From: a virus | Length of the DNA: 64,000 nt | Reading direction: 5' to 3' (one strand) | Virus record (IMG/VR): IMGVR_UViG_3300020438_002794 | Location: 23,130-87,129 of that record | Shown here: positions 9,234 through 19,248 of the stretch, piece by piece | How positions within the stretch are numbered: position 1 is the stretch's first letter | How the letters are laid out: every line of letters begins with the position of its first letter | The notes under the pieces: model-generated | Databases searched by the model: none | Told to the model about the DNA's origin: nothing | What the model saw: only the letters and a program-made list of their open reading frames with translations | Translations under genes and position numbers: made by a program

Positions 9234-10075
9234 CTCAGTTTTTCCAATGCTTTGCGTACAGCCTTTCCAACTTTTTTATTACCTGCTTTATTAAAATGTC
9301 CAATAAAAGTATCTTTACCATCTCTGCTTATTTTAGGATCTATAGGAGCAAATATATGATACTTTTTATTGAGGAACATGTTCATACTACCTTTACCTAC
9401 TCCCCAAGGATACGGAATATCTAAACATATACCGTGTTCAAATTGAGGTGTGACTTCTTCAGCTTCTTCTACCCATTTAAAATAATACAGTGGTGTTTCA
9501 GTTTCTCTGCATCTTTCATCTATTAGTGTAGCACAACTTTGTATCACATGTTTATTGGTCATGCCATGAAACATCATTTTTCGCCATTCAATAGCTTCGT
9601 TTATGTTTCCTCCAAAGTCACCTTTGCCGTTAGCACTAATAAAATTAAAGTATCTAGCAGTGCCTTTACCTTGATATAAATCAACGTTTTCTGCTTGCAC
9701 TTCATACTCATGCCAAAATCTATCACCTATATGTCCTGGTTCATTCCATGTGAGTCTAGGTTCATATGTTAATTGTACTAATACATAATCGAAATCTTTG
9801 AGACGATTTTTATTGTAATAGTGTTCGAGTACTGTAGCATGTTGTACTATGCCTCCACCACTAACTGCATAAAGTGTGTGATAGTTTTTTGGATCTAAAC
9901 TCTCAACCCAACCGCCATTTACATCAAGTGTTTCTCTGCCTAGTCCGTTGTCTACTTTCTTTGTAGTGCCGTCAGGTTGTAGCACATCACTATACATAAT
10001 ATAGTTTGGATCATATGTATAGCTTCCTGCACTAAAACTACAGCCAAACACCAATACATTTTCATTGTAGTCCAT
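9230..10075 (-). CDS. SGNH/GDSL-like hydrolase or acyltransferase
   Basis: VFGCSFSAG block I, GGG block II, VQLTYEPR, C-terminal GHFNKAGN. Confidence 0.6.
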   Translation of the reverse strand: MDYNENVLVFGCSFSAGSYTYDPNYIMYSDVLQPDGTTKKVDNGLGRETLDVNGGWVESLDPKNYHTLYAVSGGGIVQHATVLEHYYNKNRLKDFDYVLVQLTYEPRLTWNEPGHIGDRFWHEYEVQAENVDLYQGKGTARYFNFISANGKGDFGGNINEAIEWRKMMFHGMTNKHVIQSCATLIDERCRETETPLYYFKWVEEAEEVTPQFEHGICLDIPYPWGVGKGSMNMFLNKKYHIFAPIDPKISRDGKDTFIGHFNKAGNKKVGKAVRKALEKLR

Positions 10076-10721
10076 CGCCTAAACCTTTTTTAATCATCTG
10101 TCCTAAAACAGTGTTTCCTTTTTGTGTAAAGTGTAAATCCGGATTGTGTAAATCTTTTTTGTAAAACAGTTGTTCAGTTGCAGGCTTTACATCTAAGTAT
10201 TTAATATATTTATATGGGTACTTAACTCCAGTAAAACTGTAGCTGTATGTGGGCAATCCTGTTTGTTGGGCTAGACGATCCAAGTGACTTGCACATGCTT
10301 TAGTTAGTATATTCCAACTGTTTTCCATTTGCCAAAACCAATCACTCATTCCTTGTTGCCATTTGAAATTATATTGGTTAGCAATTTTGTTTTGCACTTT
10401 AGGTAATCCTCCTAGTCTATTATGAAATGCATTATCTATTGTCCATGCAAAAACATTGAGTCTAGATGTATAATACTCAAGTTGTTTCTGTATTACAATT
10501 CTAGGTTCCCATGTCTCTTGTATAATTATAGCACTATATTTTTTTATGTCAATTGATTCTAAACATGCACAGTAGCTCATAATGCCACCTCCTGGATGTG
10601 CATAAACTTGATATGGCCGATCAAGTTCATCATACCAGCAATAGTCTGTGTGTAGTGTTTCTGTTGTATTGTCGTAGCTGTACCAGCCCATACTAAAACT
10701 ACAACCTAATATTAATATCAT
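10062..10721 (-). CDS. SGNH/GDSL-like hydrolase or acyltransferase (paralog of previous)
   Basis: ILGCSFSMG, PGGG, IQETWEPR, DLHFTQKGN. Confidence 0.6.
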   Translation of the reverse strand: MILILGCSFSMGWYSYDNTTETLHTDYCWYDELDRPYQVYAHPGGGIMSYCACLESIDIKKYSAIIIQETWEPRIVIQKQLEYYTSRLNVFAWTIDNAFHNRLGGLPKVQNKIANQYNFKWQQGMSDWFWQMENSWNILTKACASHLDRLAQQTGLPTYSYSFTGVKYPYKYIKYLDVKPATEQLFYKKDLHNPDLHFTQKGNTVLGQMIKKGLGDGLQ

Positions 10722-11992
10722 GCGTTAGCCTGTTCAACCAGTGTTTTCATATTTCCAAAGTTTACACTTTTATGATTTGCATTTGCTACTCTAGGATCAC
10801 GTAGCACTTGTAAAAAGTTTTCGTATTCAGGATGATCGGGTTTCCAAATAGCTCTAATATTAAAGTCAATCATGTGTCCCCAATCAACAATAAGTGTAAA
10901 TGTTGCTCTACTATACTTTCCAGGTCCTGACCAACGATCTGTTACCATTTGTATAAAGTCTGGTATCTCTTTATAGTTACATGTTTGTACAACAAAGTTA
11001 TGACTCATTGCTCCGCTGAGTAGATTACCTGTATTGTAACTATTTTTAGTTTTTGTAAAACTAGGTATTTGACTGTAAACATAATCTACATTACTGACTA
11101 GTTGATCCCAGTGACCTCCTAGTCTTGTTTCTTTTTCATATGTTTCTTTTTTACCAGCATCAAAACTAAAAACAATTTGTTTAATTTGTTTATGAACTTT
11201 GCTTATACTATCCCAAACCTTAGGAGTAAGCATTACACCGTTTGTTTGAAAGTTAAGCCATGTGTTTGGTCTGTCAGTAAGATCCATTTCTTGTAAACGT
11301 TCTCTAAATATTTTACTACCAAAAGGATCACCACCACCTGTTATCCATATATCAAATTGATAATCTTTAGGTGCCTTCATTATTTCATCAAATAACTTAT
11401 CTGTAAGTGATTTTCTTTGATCATATTTTTCACCTTTAGAATGAATAATTTTACTATTTCTACAGCTAGGACAATATAAGTTACAACTTTCATCTGTACC
11501 AACTTGTATATCGTGTGGCAAGTAACTGGCTTGCGTACTACGGTTTTTTAATGACTCAATAATAATTGGATCTACATTATATTTTTTAGGATTATCTATT
11601 ACATTAGTTATTAGTGGCAATGCTGTTTCTGCATACTGAATTTTAGGACAAGTGTTGTGTTTGCAATGGGGCCAGTTCGCTCCGTCATACAACTGGTTAC
11701 GAATTTCCTGCGCCTTAGATCCATTCCATATCTCTTCCATTGTGTTTACATTTAGATCACCTATGACTACTGGTAGCCAAAAAGGACAACACATGAAAAC
11801 CAAACCCATGTTATTGATTTCTGCTCTATTAAAAAAATAACTGCAATATCTTCCGTTAAGATCTTTTTTGGTACCCGCAATAAGACTATCGTCTTGGTGG
11901 AAACCTTTGGGCTTCCATCCCTTAGGTTTACCTTTTATTACAATGTCAGGCGTTGAAGACTGCACTGCATCTACTACAGAGGTCAATGTCAC
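10718..11992 (-). CDS. Radical SAM protein with N-terminal SPASM/twitch-like domain
   Basis: CSYFF..MCC..EIWNG N-terminal module; CNLYCPSC; GGGDP; QTNG. Confidence 0.9.
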   Translation of the reverse strand: MTLTSVVDAVQSSTPDIVIKGKPKGWKPKGFHQDDSLIAGTKKDLNGRYCSYFFNRAEINNMGLVFMCCPFWLPVVIGDLNVNTMEEIWNGSKAQEIRNQLYDGANWPHCKHNTCPKIQYAETALPLITNVIDNPKKYNVDPIIIESLKNRSTQASYLPHDIQVGTDESCNLYCPSCRNSKIIHSKGEKYDQRKSLTDKLFDEIMKAPKDYQFDIWITGGGDPFGSKIFRERLQEMDLTDRPNTWLNFQTNGVMLTPKVWDSISKVHKQIKQIVFSFDAGKKETYEKETRLGGHWDQLVSNVDYVYSQIPSFTKTKNSYNTGNLLSGAMSHNFVVQTCNYKEIPDFIQMVTDRWSGPGKYSRATFTLIVDWGHMIDFNIRAIWKPDHPEYENFLQVLRDPRVANANHKSVNFGNMKTLVEQANA

Positions 11993-12740
11993 AGCGTTTT
12001 CCTTTTGCTAATAATGATTTATAGTCATTGTACTTTTTGCTATTCCAAACGTCTACAGGACTTGTATTCATGTCAACTTTGCCCACAGGATTGCGTTTAC
12101 CAAAGTCCCATGGACACAAATACATTGTACCGTCGATATATATAAATGCTTCATTTTCAACTTTTTTACAAGGCAAGTTTAAACTTTCGGTCTGATCTTC
12201 CCAAGGATGAGAATACAGTTCAGTAATTTTAGCACATCCTGGTCTTACATTATTCCAATAATCTAAAAACATTTCCTGTTCAGCTTCGGTATCTGGCAAG
12301 TTAATCATTCTCACCTCACAATCTATTTCAGGATGATTGTCTACAAATCTAGTTACGTTTTCATATACTCTATCAAAGCTAATACCTCTTGTTTCATCAA
12401 AAGTTTTTTTAGTAAATCCATCAACACTAAAACGCATTATGTCAACAAACGGTGCAATCTTTCGTTCTGTTTTCAGCGTCATGGGTTCACCATTGCTGTT
12501 GAGTTCTACTTTGGCTGTAGGATCTTCTTTGATATATCTTGCTATGTCCGGAAGTCTTGTATCAACTAGCGGCTCGCCTAGTCCAAAAGGTCTATACGTT
12601 ATGCCTAGGTCTCTTGTATCATCTATAATTTTATAGATCAATTCAGGTTCCATGTGTTCTTTAGGAACCAAATGATTTGGACAAAACCAACAAGTTGCAT
12701 TACAAAATGTAGTTGTTTCTATTTGGAGGTATTTAAACAT
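11946..12740 (-). CDS. Radical SAM/SPASM protein (BtrN/NeoN-like layout)
   Basis: IETTTFCNATCWFCP, GEP, C-terminal PC..DG..LCPWD..VWNS..CSRC. Confidence 0.9.
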   Translation of the reverse strand: MFKYLQIETTTFCNATCWFCPNHLVPKEHMEPELIYKIIDDTRDLGITYRPFGLGEPLVDTRLPDIARYIKEDPTAKVELNSNGEPMTLKTERKIAPFVDIMRFSVDGFTKKTFDETRGISFDRVYENVTRFVDNHPEIDCEVRMINLPDTEAEQEMFLDYWNNVRPGCAKITELYSHPWEDQTESLNLPCKKVENEAFIYIDGTMYLCPWDFGKRNPVGKVDMNTSPVDVWNSKKYNDYKSLLAKGKRCDIDLCSRCSAVFNA

Positions 12741-13753
12741 ATTAGTTTCTCAAATTGATCCTTGGGCAATGTAGTTAATCTGATAGCTGTGCTACTAAAT
12801 TCTGGTGCTTTGCCATACAGTATCTTTTGAGAATCTAATCTACTGATTATTTCGTCAGTTGGCTCAAACACAACATGATTGATCGTTGGCTCGCTATATA
12901 TTTTACAATTACTAAAATATTTATGTGCAAACTCAATACCTTCTCTATTGCGTTCCAAGCTCTTTTCTACTATATAATGATGTTTGTGCAGGTATTCTGC
13001 AAGTCTAAGTGTAATACTGCTTACACTCATAATTGGTCTTATCTTTGTAATTTGACTAATTGTATTTGCATGTCCTTGTAGTATGCCAAGTCTAGCACCT
13101 GCAAGTCCCCAACTTTTGCTATAACTAAATGCTAATAAACAATTTTCATAATTGCATAAGTCAAAATAATCTTCTGTACAAAAATGTCTGTATGTATTAT
13201 CTATTAGCACAGTCATTTTTGGATATGCTCCACAGATATAATCTATAAACTTTGCACTGTAAACTCGACCACTTGGATTATTTGGACTACAAATGTAAAA
13301 TACATCTGGTCGATGCTGTTCTATACTAGCTGTGATACTATCTTCATCTTCGTTGCATTCAATTATATTTGTAGTAAGGTCTATTGCATTTGTAACACTG
13401 CCTCTGTATGTTGGTGCTATTGTTAAGAACGTTTTACTATTATCAAGTGTTGCTTCAAATGTTAAACGTATTGCTTCGTCACAACCTCCAGTAATTAATA
13501 TATTGTCCATTGTTGTGTTGTAGTAGTCGGCAAATATTTCATAGTACCTATAGTAATCTTCATACTTCATTGAACTTGACAAATCCAAAAAGTGTTTTAT
13601 AGCTTTTTGTATATGACCACACAGTACTTCGTCTTGGTTTTCATTTCTATCTAAGTTTATGTAGCCAGCTTCGATCTTTTCTACTCTATTAAGTAAGCCA
13701 CTCCAATGTGGTCTTTGTAGTTGTTTTATACTATCTCTAATCACTGAACACAA
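12719..13753 (-). CDS. PLP-dependent class I/II aminotransferase or decarboxylase (HisC/CobD-like)
   Basis: LDRNEN, GCDEAI, ICSPNNPSG, SYSKSWGLAGARLG (PLP lysine); TTG 13753 is the likely start. Confidence 0.88.
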   Translation of the reverse strand: MCSVIRDSIKQLQRPHWSGLLNRVEKIEAGYINLDRNENQDEVLCGHIQKAIKHFLDLSSSMKYEDYYRYYEIFADYYNTTMDNILITGGCDEAIRLTFEATLDNSKTFLTIAPTYRGSVTNAIDLTTNIIECNEDEDSITASIEQHRPDVFYICSPNNPSGRVYSAKFIDYICGAYPKMTVLIDNTYRHFCTEDYFDLCNYENCLLAFSYSKSWGLAGARLGILQGHANTISQITKIRPIMSVSSITLRLAEYLHKHHYIVEKSLERNREGIEFAHKYFSNCKIYSEPTINHVVFEPTDEIISRLDSQKILYGKAPEFSSTAIRLTTLPKDQFEKLICLNTSK

Positions 13754-15080
13754 CCTCAGCCTCAGCTTTTTGCTCTTCAGTTCTTTCAAAATAATATTTG
13801 TGTTCAATGTCTCTACCATAGATAGGATAGTAAAAAATATCTTTATCTTTGGGTATTATTTTTTGCACTTTTTCAGCAAAAGGTGTATCTTCAAAACTCA
13901 TACACTTAACATTAATTTGATCTTGTGGATAGTCTGCAACTAAATTGCTAACTTTTTGTAACACTTTATCTATTGTAAACTCTACATGAAAACTAAATTC
14001 TAAGAACACACCTTTGTCTAATAGATCTCTATATTTTTTCTCACTGCCTGTTCCGTTTGTGCTTATTCTAGTTTCATATCCTTTTTTAAACGCTATGTCT
14101 ACTAGGTCTGCTATCTGTGGATTGAGTGTTGGTTCTCCTCCGGTAATATAAAGTCGTCGACTGGGTTTTTTAGGAACATAAGGATCAACTAAATTTAATC
14201 CATGTGTAAACTCATCTACAGTCATATGTGGGCTTGCGTTATCATGTACACCATTTATTAACTTGCCTGTATCATCAAAAGTTGGTCCAGGACAATATGC
14301 ACAATCATAATTGCAACGTAATCCAATATGAAAATGTACTTCAGCCATTGGCATTGCCATACCTCTACCCATTGCTACAATGTTATCATCTGTTTTTGCA
14401 ACTGGTAATTCTTCTAACTGCCAATGATTAAACTGTTTATTTGTAGTAAAATATTCTAACAATTCTTCTGTTTTTGCTTTTGGTTGTAGTAAGTCAGCAT
14501 CACAAAAACATGCTTTGGTTTTACACAAAGTTTCTGTATTAAGATCTAACTTGTTATAATCTTTCCAATGTCCTTCGTGACTTGCAATATGTCTCACATT
14601 TGCACAAACACCACTACAAATTTCACCAACTGGATTAATACTAAAGTTAGTTTTATATATAGGACAATGCCAGCCTCGCATGTCCATTTGACGCATTTTT
14701 AAGTCTACCATGCTTATGCGTTTGTATTCCATTTTGTCTGTTAATACATAAACTGGATTCTCTACATACACAGGCTTTTTATAACCAATAGTGCCATCAT
14801 CTCGTATTAGTATGCCGGTATTACCTGTACCAATCCATACGTTACCATTCATATTTCTTGTTACAAGTTGTTCAACAATTTGTCCATCTTCGTAACGGTT
14901 AATATTACGAGTAACTTTGCTTACAGCATAACCATGTAACTTGTCGTCTTTATACTGTCCTGCATATGTTTTGTCAACACCCAATCCGTTGCGTTTACCG
15001 TCAGTATATTCAGCAACCGAATCTTCCATCTCGCCCGGACCCGAGTAACCATTTCTAAGCATTTTTTTAGTTACTTTCAT
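13737..15080 (-). CDS. MORN-like repeats + Cys-rich twitch-like module + radical SAM core
   Basis: YTDGKRNGLG and YAGQYKDDKLHGY repeats; GWHC...CKTKACFCDAD; RCNYDCAYC; ITGGEPT. Confidence 0.85.
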   Translation of the reverse strand: MKVTKKMLRNGYSGPGEMEDSVAEYTDGKRNGLGVDKTYAGQYKDDKLHGYAVSKVTRNINRYEDGQIVEQLVTRNMNGNVWIGTGNTGILIRDDGTIGYKKPVYVENPVYVLTDKMEYKRISMVDLKMRQMDMRGWHCPIYKTNFSINPVGEICSGVCANVRHIASHEGHWKDYNKLDLNTETLCKTKACFCDADLLQPKAKTEELLEYFTTNKQFNHWQLEELPVAKTDDNIVAMGRGMAMPMAEVHFHIGLRCNYDCAYCPGPTFDDTGKLINGVHDNASPHMTVDEFTHGLNLVDPYVPKKPSRRLYITGGEPTLNPQIADLVDIAFKKGYETRISTNGTGSEKKYRDLLDKGVFLEFSFHVEFTIDKVLQKVSNLVADYPQDQINVKCMSFEDTPFAEKVQKIIPKDKDIFYYPIYGRDIEHKYYFERTEEQKAEAEVVFSD

Positions 15081-15711
15081 GGTACTCGCTTCCTTGTCTG
15101 AAGAAATCATATTCTGGGTATCCAGTAACTTCTTTTAGTATAAAGTTATCCTTTTTAAAAACCAGATCAACCTGGTGCAGGTTTCCACGTTCATAATCCA
15201 TGTTTACAATATCCCACAAGTGAAAACCTATATCTTCTAGTTCTATTTTTATAAAACCAATAGTGTCTAATTGACTTTCTACTACTATCAGATTAAATTT
15301 AGCCAGTGTCTCTAATCCGCCAACTATTACATCTAATTCATAACCATCGACGTCAATTTTACACAAACTATGCAAAGGTGGGTCAATACCTAAACTATCC
15401 AAAGTTTTTATGTTAGACTTTATATCAAAAGTTTCGCCTTCGTGTACGCACCTTAAACTTGCTTGTGTTTGATTAGTGTTACCAACTGCTACATTTATAA
15501 GTTCATAACTGTAGTTTTTATAGTTTTCGTATATTACATTATTATGATTTGTATCTGGTTCAACTAAAACATAATGTGCTTTAGGAAAACTATACTGTAA
15601 CCACGGAGTTCCCGAATGTACTCCAATATCCAAACAATATTCAACGTGACAACCCGACTCTTTTAAAAATTGCAAGCTATCTTTTATTCTAGGAATACGA
15701 TGTCTAATCAT
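15067..15711 (-). CDS. FkbM-family methyltransferase
   Basis: LDIGVHSG, LVEP, NVAVG, TLDS, KIDVDGYELDVIVG, QVDLVF. Confidence 0.9.
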   Translation of the reverse strand: MIRHRIPRIKDSLQFLKESGCHVEYCLDIGVHSGTPWLQYSFPKAHYVLVEPDTNHNNVIYENYKNYSYELINVAVGNTNQTQASLRCVHEGETFDIKSNIKTLDSLGIDPPLHSLCKIDVDGYELDVIVGGLETLAKFNLIVVESQLDTIGFIKIELEDIGFHLWDIVNMDYERGNLHQVDLVFKKDNFILKEVTGYPEYDFFRQGSEYHESN

Positions 15712-17137
15712 TTCCGACCTCATATAATCCTAGTTCGTCAGCTTCAAAGTTTTCCGGCTTGGGAGACCATATTCCTATTAGTGCATTTTTATATTGCCAA
15801 TAGCTCTGAGGACGCATGTCCCATATTCTCCATTTACCCTTTCTTGCAAGATCCAGTTGTGGTTGATCTAATGTTTCATGCGAGTATATGTCAGGAGTGC
15901 AACACATTTCTTCACTAACTAAAATTCCTCTTTGTGGATTCATTAGGTTCTTTACAGCATGTAATTTCTTCCATGCTGTGACTCCGTGTGTTGCATCATG
16001 TATTGCAAAATCTACCGGACCATACTTGTTCATTAACTGTTTACAAGTATTAGGTGAATAGCAATTTACACCAAGCTCTAGTTTTACTCCTTCAATTTTA
16101 CTAGCAATTTTTAAATCTTCTACTTGCTGTCTCTCTAGTGCATTTTCAGGTATACTAGTTGGTGTTAGTTTATCAACTCCGATTATAGTTGCTTGTGGAA
16201 ATAATTTTTGTAAAAACTGTAAATGTTCGCCTCTACCAATTCCAAGTTCAACAATAGTATAATTTTCATTTAATCCAAATATTTTATTTGTTCTTTTAAG
16301 ATGTTTAACTATCAAATCATATACTGCACAGTATCTTCTTTGCATTCTGCGTTCAACACTTCTAGTAGTATTGTCTACCATATCAAATGCAATGCTACTA
16401 TATGTTTCAAAGTCTACCGGAGTGCCTAGTAAAAAGTTGCTCTCATAATCTCCTTGCCCTAACTGTTGAACTTGTATTCTTCCATGGTGTCTCCCACTTA
16501 AGAAATGTCCTTTTGCAGTTCTAATCCAATCTCCGTAGTGTGTTGTATCTCTTTTTCCTTGTATAAAGTTATATGGAGGTACATGTTTAGTTTCAGTAAC
16601 AAAGTTTTTCTCTTCATGCCTAGTTACATCAAACTCTTGTTCATCTTTATAAGTTGTAGTTCTACCACCTACTGCATTTACTATTGTGCCATCATCGAGT
16701 GTTCTACAACCTAAACCATCTATGTTGCATTCTTCTAATCCACATGGTACATCATTTAGATACCACTGTCCTTCTCTTGGTTCAGCAATCATTCCATCTA
16801 CACGACCTATAAACTTTACACCTTCGTGTACTGTTTCAAGTACACCGTAGCCGCAAGGTTTGTTATTACTAAACTGTCCATAATATCTTGCACCAGTGGG
16901 CCATACATGCACACCATATCCTTGTTTTTTATCCAACAAGTATTGTCCTACATAAGTTTCACCATGATCCCATTCTTTAGAGGCCATGCCAGTAACTTTA
17001 CTGTGATCAAAATCAGCCGCACACTTGCCTGTCAATGGCAGATTATAAAATCCTAAGCCATGTTCAAACTGTGTTCCATGTCGGTCTTGCACGACTTGTC
17101 CTATGTATGTTCTAGATGGCTTATAGTAGTCCCTCAT
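15704..17137 (-). CDS. MORN-repeat + class I methyltransferase fusion
   Basis: YVGQYLLDKKQGYG / YYGQFSNNKPCGYG repeats; C-term IVELGIGRG, IIGVD, DFAIHDATH; ATGA overlap at 17134-17137. Confidence 0.8.
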   Translation of the reverse strand: MRDYYKPSRTYIGQVVQDRHGTQFEHGLGFYNLPLTGKCAADFDHSKVTGMASKEWDHGETYVGQYLLDKKQGYGVHVWPTGARYYGQFSNNKPCGYGVLETVHEGVKFIGRVDGMIAEPREGQWYLNDVPCGLEECNIDGLGCRTLDDGTIVNAVGGRTTTYKDEQEFDVTRHEEKNFVTETKHVPPYNFIQGKRDTTHYGDWIRTAKGHFLSGRHHGRIQVQQLGQGDYESNFLLGTPVDFETYSSIAFDMVDNTTRSVERRMQRRYCAVYDLIVKHLKRTNKIFGLNENYTIVELGIGRGEHLQFLQKLFPQATIIGVDKLTPTSIPENALERQQVEDLKIASKIEGVKLELGVNCYSPNTCKQLMNKYGPVDFAIHDATHGVTAWKKLHAVKNLMNPQRGILVSEEMCCTPDIYSHETLDQPQLDLARKGKWRIWDMRPQSYWQYKNALIGIWSPKPENFEADELGLYEVGND

Positions 17138-17880
17138 GCAAAATGTTCCTTGCAATAATTGTAGAACTCTATGTCCTTTGTTGTTGTTTCTTTCACTAGT
17201 TGTTTCTCAACGTCTGTTAGTTCCTCATAATTTACATAGTCAATACCATGTTGACTTAAATTAAACTTTGTATTATGCTCATAGCTAATACTTAGATTGG
17301 GTTTCAGATCATACTGCTTGGCTACTTTATCAAACTGTTTTAAGTAATTATCCTCCATAAAGAACATATGATCTAGTTTTTGTATATTCTCAATAGCTTG
17401 ATCATATAGTTCTTGTTCATAAACGGTATCAATTTTCCTTCCGTAATCAATACGCAAACATTGTTCATTACTGAACTTCTGATATTGTGCATATACAGGA
17501 GTTGGATGTAATCTACTACAATTAATAATCCAAGTTGTAAAGTCAATATCAGTAATACAACTATGCACGTTAATTATTTCTAACTTGAAATAATTGTATG
17601 CACTCATGATCCGTCTGACAGGATCTCTTAGTATAGTAGCATACTTTACAGGATTTTGCAAGTGTTTATCTAAATCAAAGCTAACGCCATGTCCAATTAT
17701 CAAACTAACCTTTTGATCTTTGCAATCTTCTATTAGAACTTTATACTGATTGGGTTGTCTAAAATTAAACACTAGTTCTTGAGCAACACGTTGATAAGCA
17801 AATGTACTATTTGTTCTATATCTGTTTACTAGAGTGGTTCCTCCATTTTTAAGTATATGAAATACTGCTAGTGTTTCCAT
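17134..17880 (-). CDS. Sulfotransferase (family 2-like)
   Basis: FHILKNGGTTL 5'-PSB loop and LRDPVRRIMSAYNY 3'-PB motif, terminal DIEFY. Confidence 0.85.
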   Translation of the reverse strand: METLAVFHILKNGGTTLVNRYRTNSTFAYQRVAQELVFNFRQPNQYKVLIEDCKDQKVSLIIGHGVSFDLDKHLQNPVKYATILRDPVRRIMSAYNYFKLEIINVHSCITDIDFTTWIINCSRLHPTPVYAQYQKFSNEQCLRIDYGRKIDTVYEQELYDQAIENIQKLDHMFFMEDNYLKQFDKVAKQYDLKPNLSISYEHNTKFNLSQHGIDYVNYEELTDVEKQLVKETTTKDIEFYNYCKEHFA

Positions 17881-18704
17881 TTGTCTTCACACCTTTTGAA
17901 AAATTCTATGTCTGCTTGTAAATCTAATTCAACAAGATATTTTAAGTCTTCGTCTAGTTGATGATACTTAACATATTCTAAATTGTGTTTGCTTAAATCA
18001 TGGCTTGTTTCATTTGTATAAATCATTTCTTCCCATGCATCTAAATCTAATTTATAGTGTGCTAGTAAATCGTCAAACCTTTCAACTATGTCGTCTTCTT
18101 GGAAAAACACATGATCCATTTTACTCATTACTCTTTCCCAAGTGATATTCATATTGTGTGTTTCAATTTGATTTTTTTCTTTTATCTTCTGCTGTATTTT
18201 TGCGTTGTCAACATAGCTTGTGTCTTTTTCAACGTCCCATGTAAGCACTGTGTTTAGATACATGTCGTTCATTGTAAACGTATTTTTTAACGTTCCGGCG
18301 TCGAACCAATCAGTGTGTTCTACATGTTGATACAAATAGTATTCGTACTGTTTTGTAACTGGCATTGGACGTAGCACATCTTTGTTTATAAACCACATAT
18401 AAAAATCAATGTCAGGACTGTCTGGGTTCATATACAGCATTTGTGTACGATAAAAATTGTACATGCTCATTATTCTACTGATAGGATCTCTCACACAAGT
18501 TATATAAACTAAGTTGTTAGAAAGTTTTTCTTCGTAGTATCCTATTTGTACACTGTGTCCAAAAACTACACTTGCTTGTTCTGTAACTTTATCACCAAGG
18601 TCAGTAATTCTAAAACTACTGTTGGTATTTCTGTATCTTTCTTTGAGTGTTGTTCCGCCTGTTTTAGGACAATGAGGAAAGATGATAATATTACTTTGAT
18701 TCAT
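17868..18704 (-). CDS. Sulfotransferase (family 2-like)
   Basis: HCPKTGGTTL and VRDPISRIMSMYNF. Confidence 0.88.
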   Translation of the reverse strand: MNQSNIIIFPHCPKTGGTTLKERYRNTNSSFRITDLGDKVTEQASVVFGHSVQIGYYEEKLSNNLVYITCVRDPISRIMSMYNFYRTQMLYMNPDSPDIDFYMWFINKDVLRPMPVTKQYEYYLYQHVEHTDWFDAGTLKNTFTMNDMYLNTVLTWDVEKDTSYVDNAKIQQKIKEKNQIETHNMNITWERVMSKMDHVFFQEDDIVERFDDLLAHYKLDLDAWEEMIYTNETSHDLSKHNLEYVKYHQLDEDLKYLVELDLQADIEFFKRCEDKWKH

Positions 18705-19248
18705 TGTACACTCCGGTTTGTATTTTTCTTTTACACTTTCTTAAAAAATTATAATCTATACTGTTAGCTACTTGATAGTCTCCTCGTAGTGCAGTGTCGA
18801 GCTCATTACTTTCAAATCTAGTGTTAAAGTTCAAAAGTGGATAATCTGTTTTTAAATACTTGCTGAGTCTTTGTGAAAGAATTTCCAAAGTAAAATCATC
18901 ATGATTCATAACTTGTTCTTTTGGATAAAGAGATCCTTTAGTAGGGTTCCATGTGATATAATTAATAAACCCTATAAATTTGTAATTTTTTTCTTCAATT
19001 TCTTTAGTTTCACTAGTGTGTATATCTAAACTTGTAGTAATTACATTTCTTTCTTGAAACACTAACTCTTCAAAAGTTTTACCCTTAGAATCTCCTCCAC
19101 TGTCTAAAAAATCCATTGTTTGTTCTATAGCTCTATCAAACGGATCTCTGAATATTAAAATGTCAGCATTTTCTGTTACTAGCTCTAAGTTGTATATGTT
19201 TGCAATCTGTTCATGCCAGCAGTTTGGAATATAATGTAATTTATTCAT
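18691..19248 (-). CDS. Degenerate sulfotransferase-like protein
   Basis: FRDPFDR and N-x-x-DY terminal motif, no intact K-T-G-G-T loop. Confidence 0.5.
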   Translation of the reverse strand: MNKLHYIPNCWHEQIANIYNLELVTENADILIFRDPFDRAIEQTMDFLDSGGDSKGKTFEELVFQERNVITTSLDIHTSETKEIEEKNYKFIGFINYITWNPTKGSLYPKEQVMNHDDFTLEILSQRLSKYLKTDYPLLNFNTRFESNELDTALRGDYQVANSIDYNFLRKCKRKIQTGVYNESK

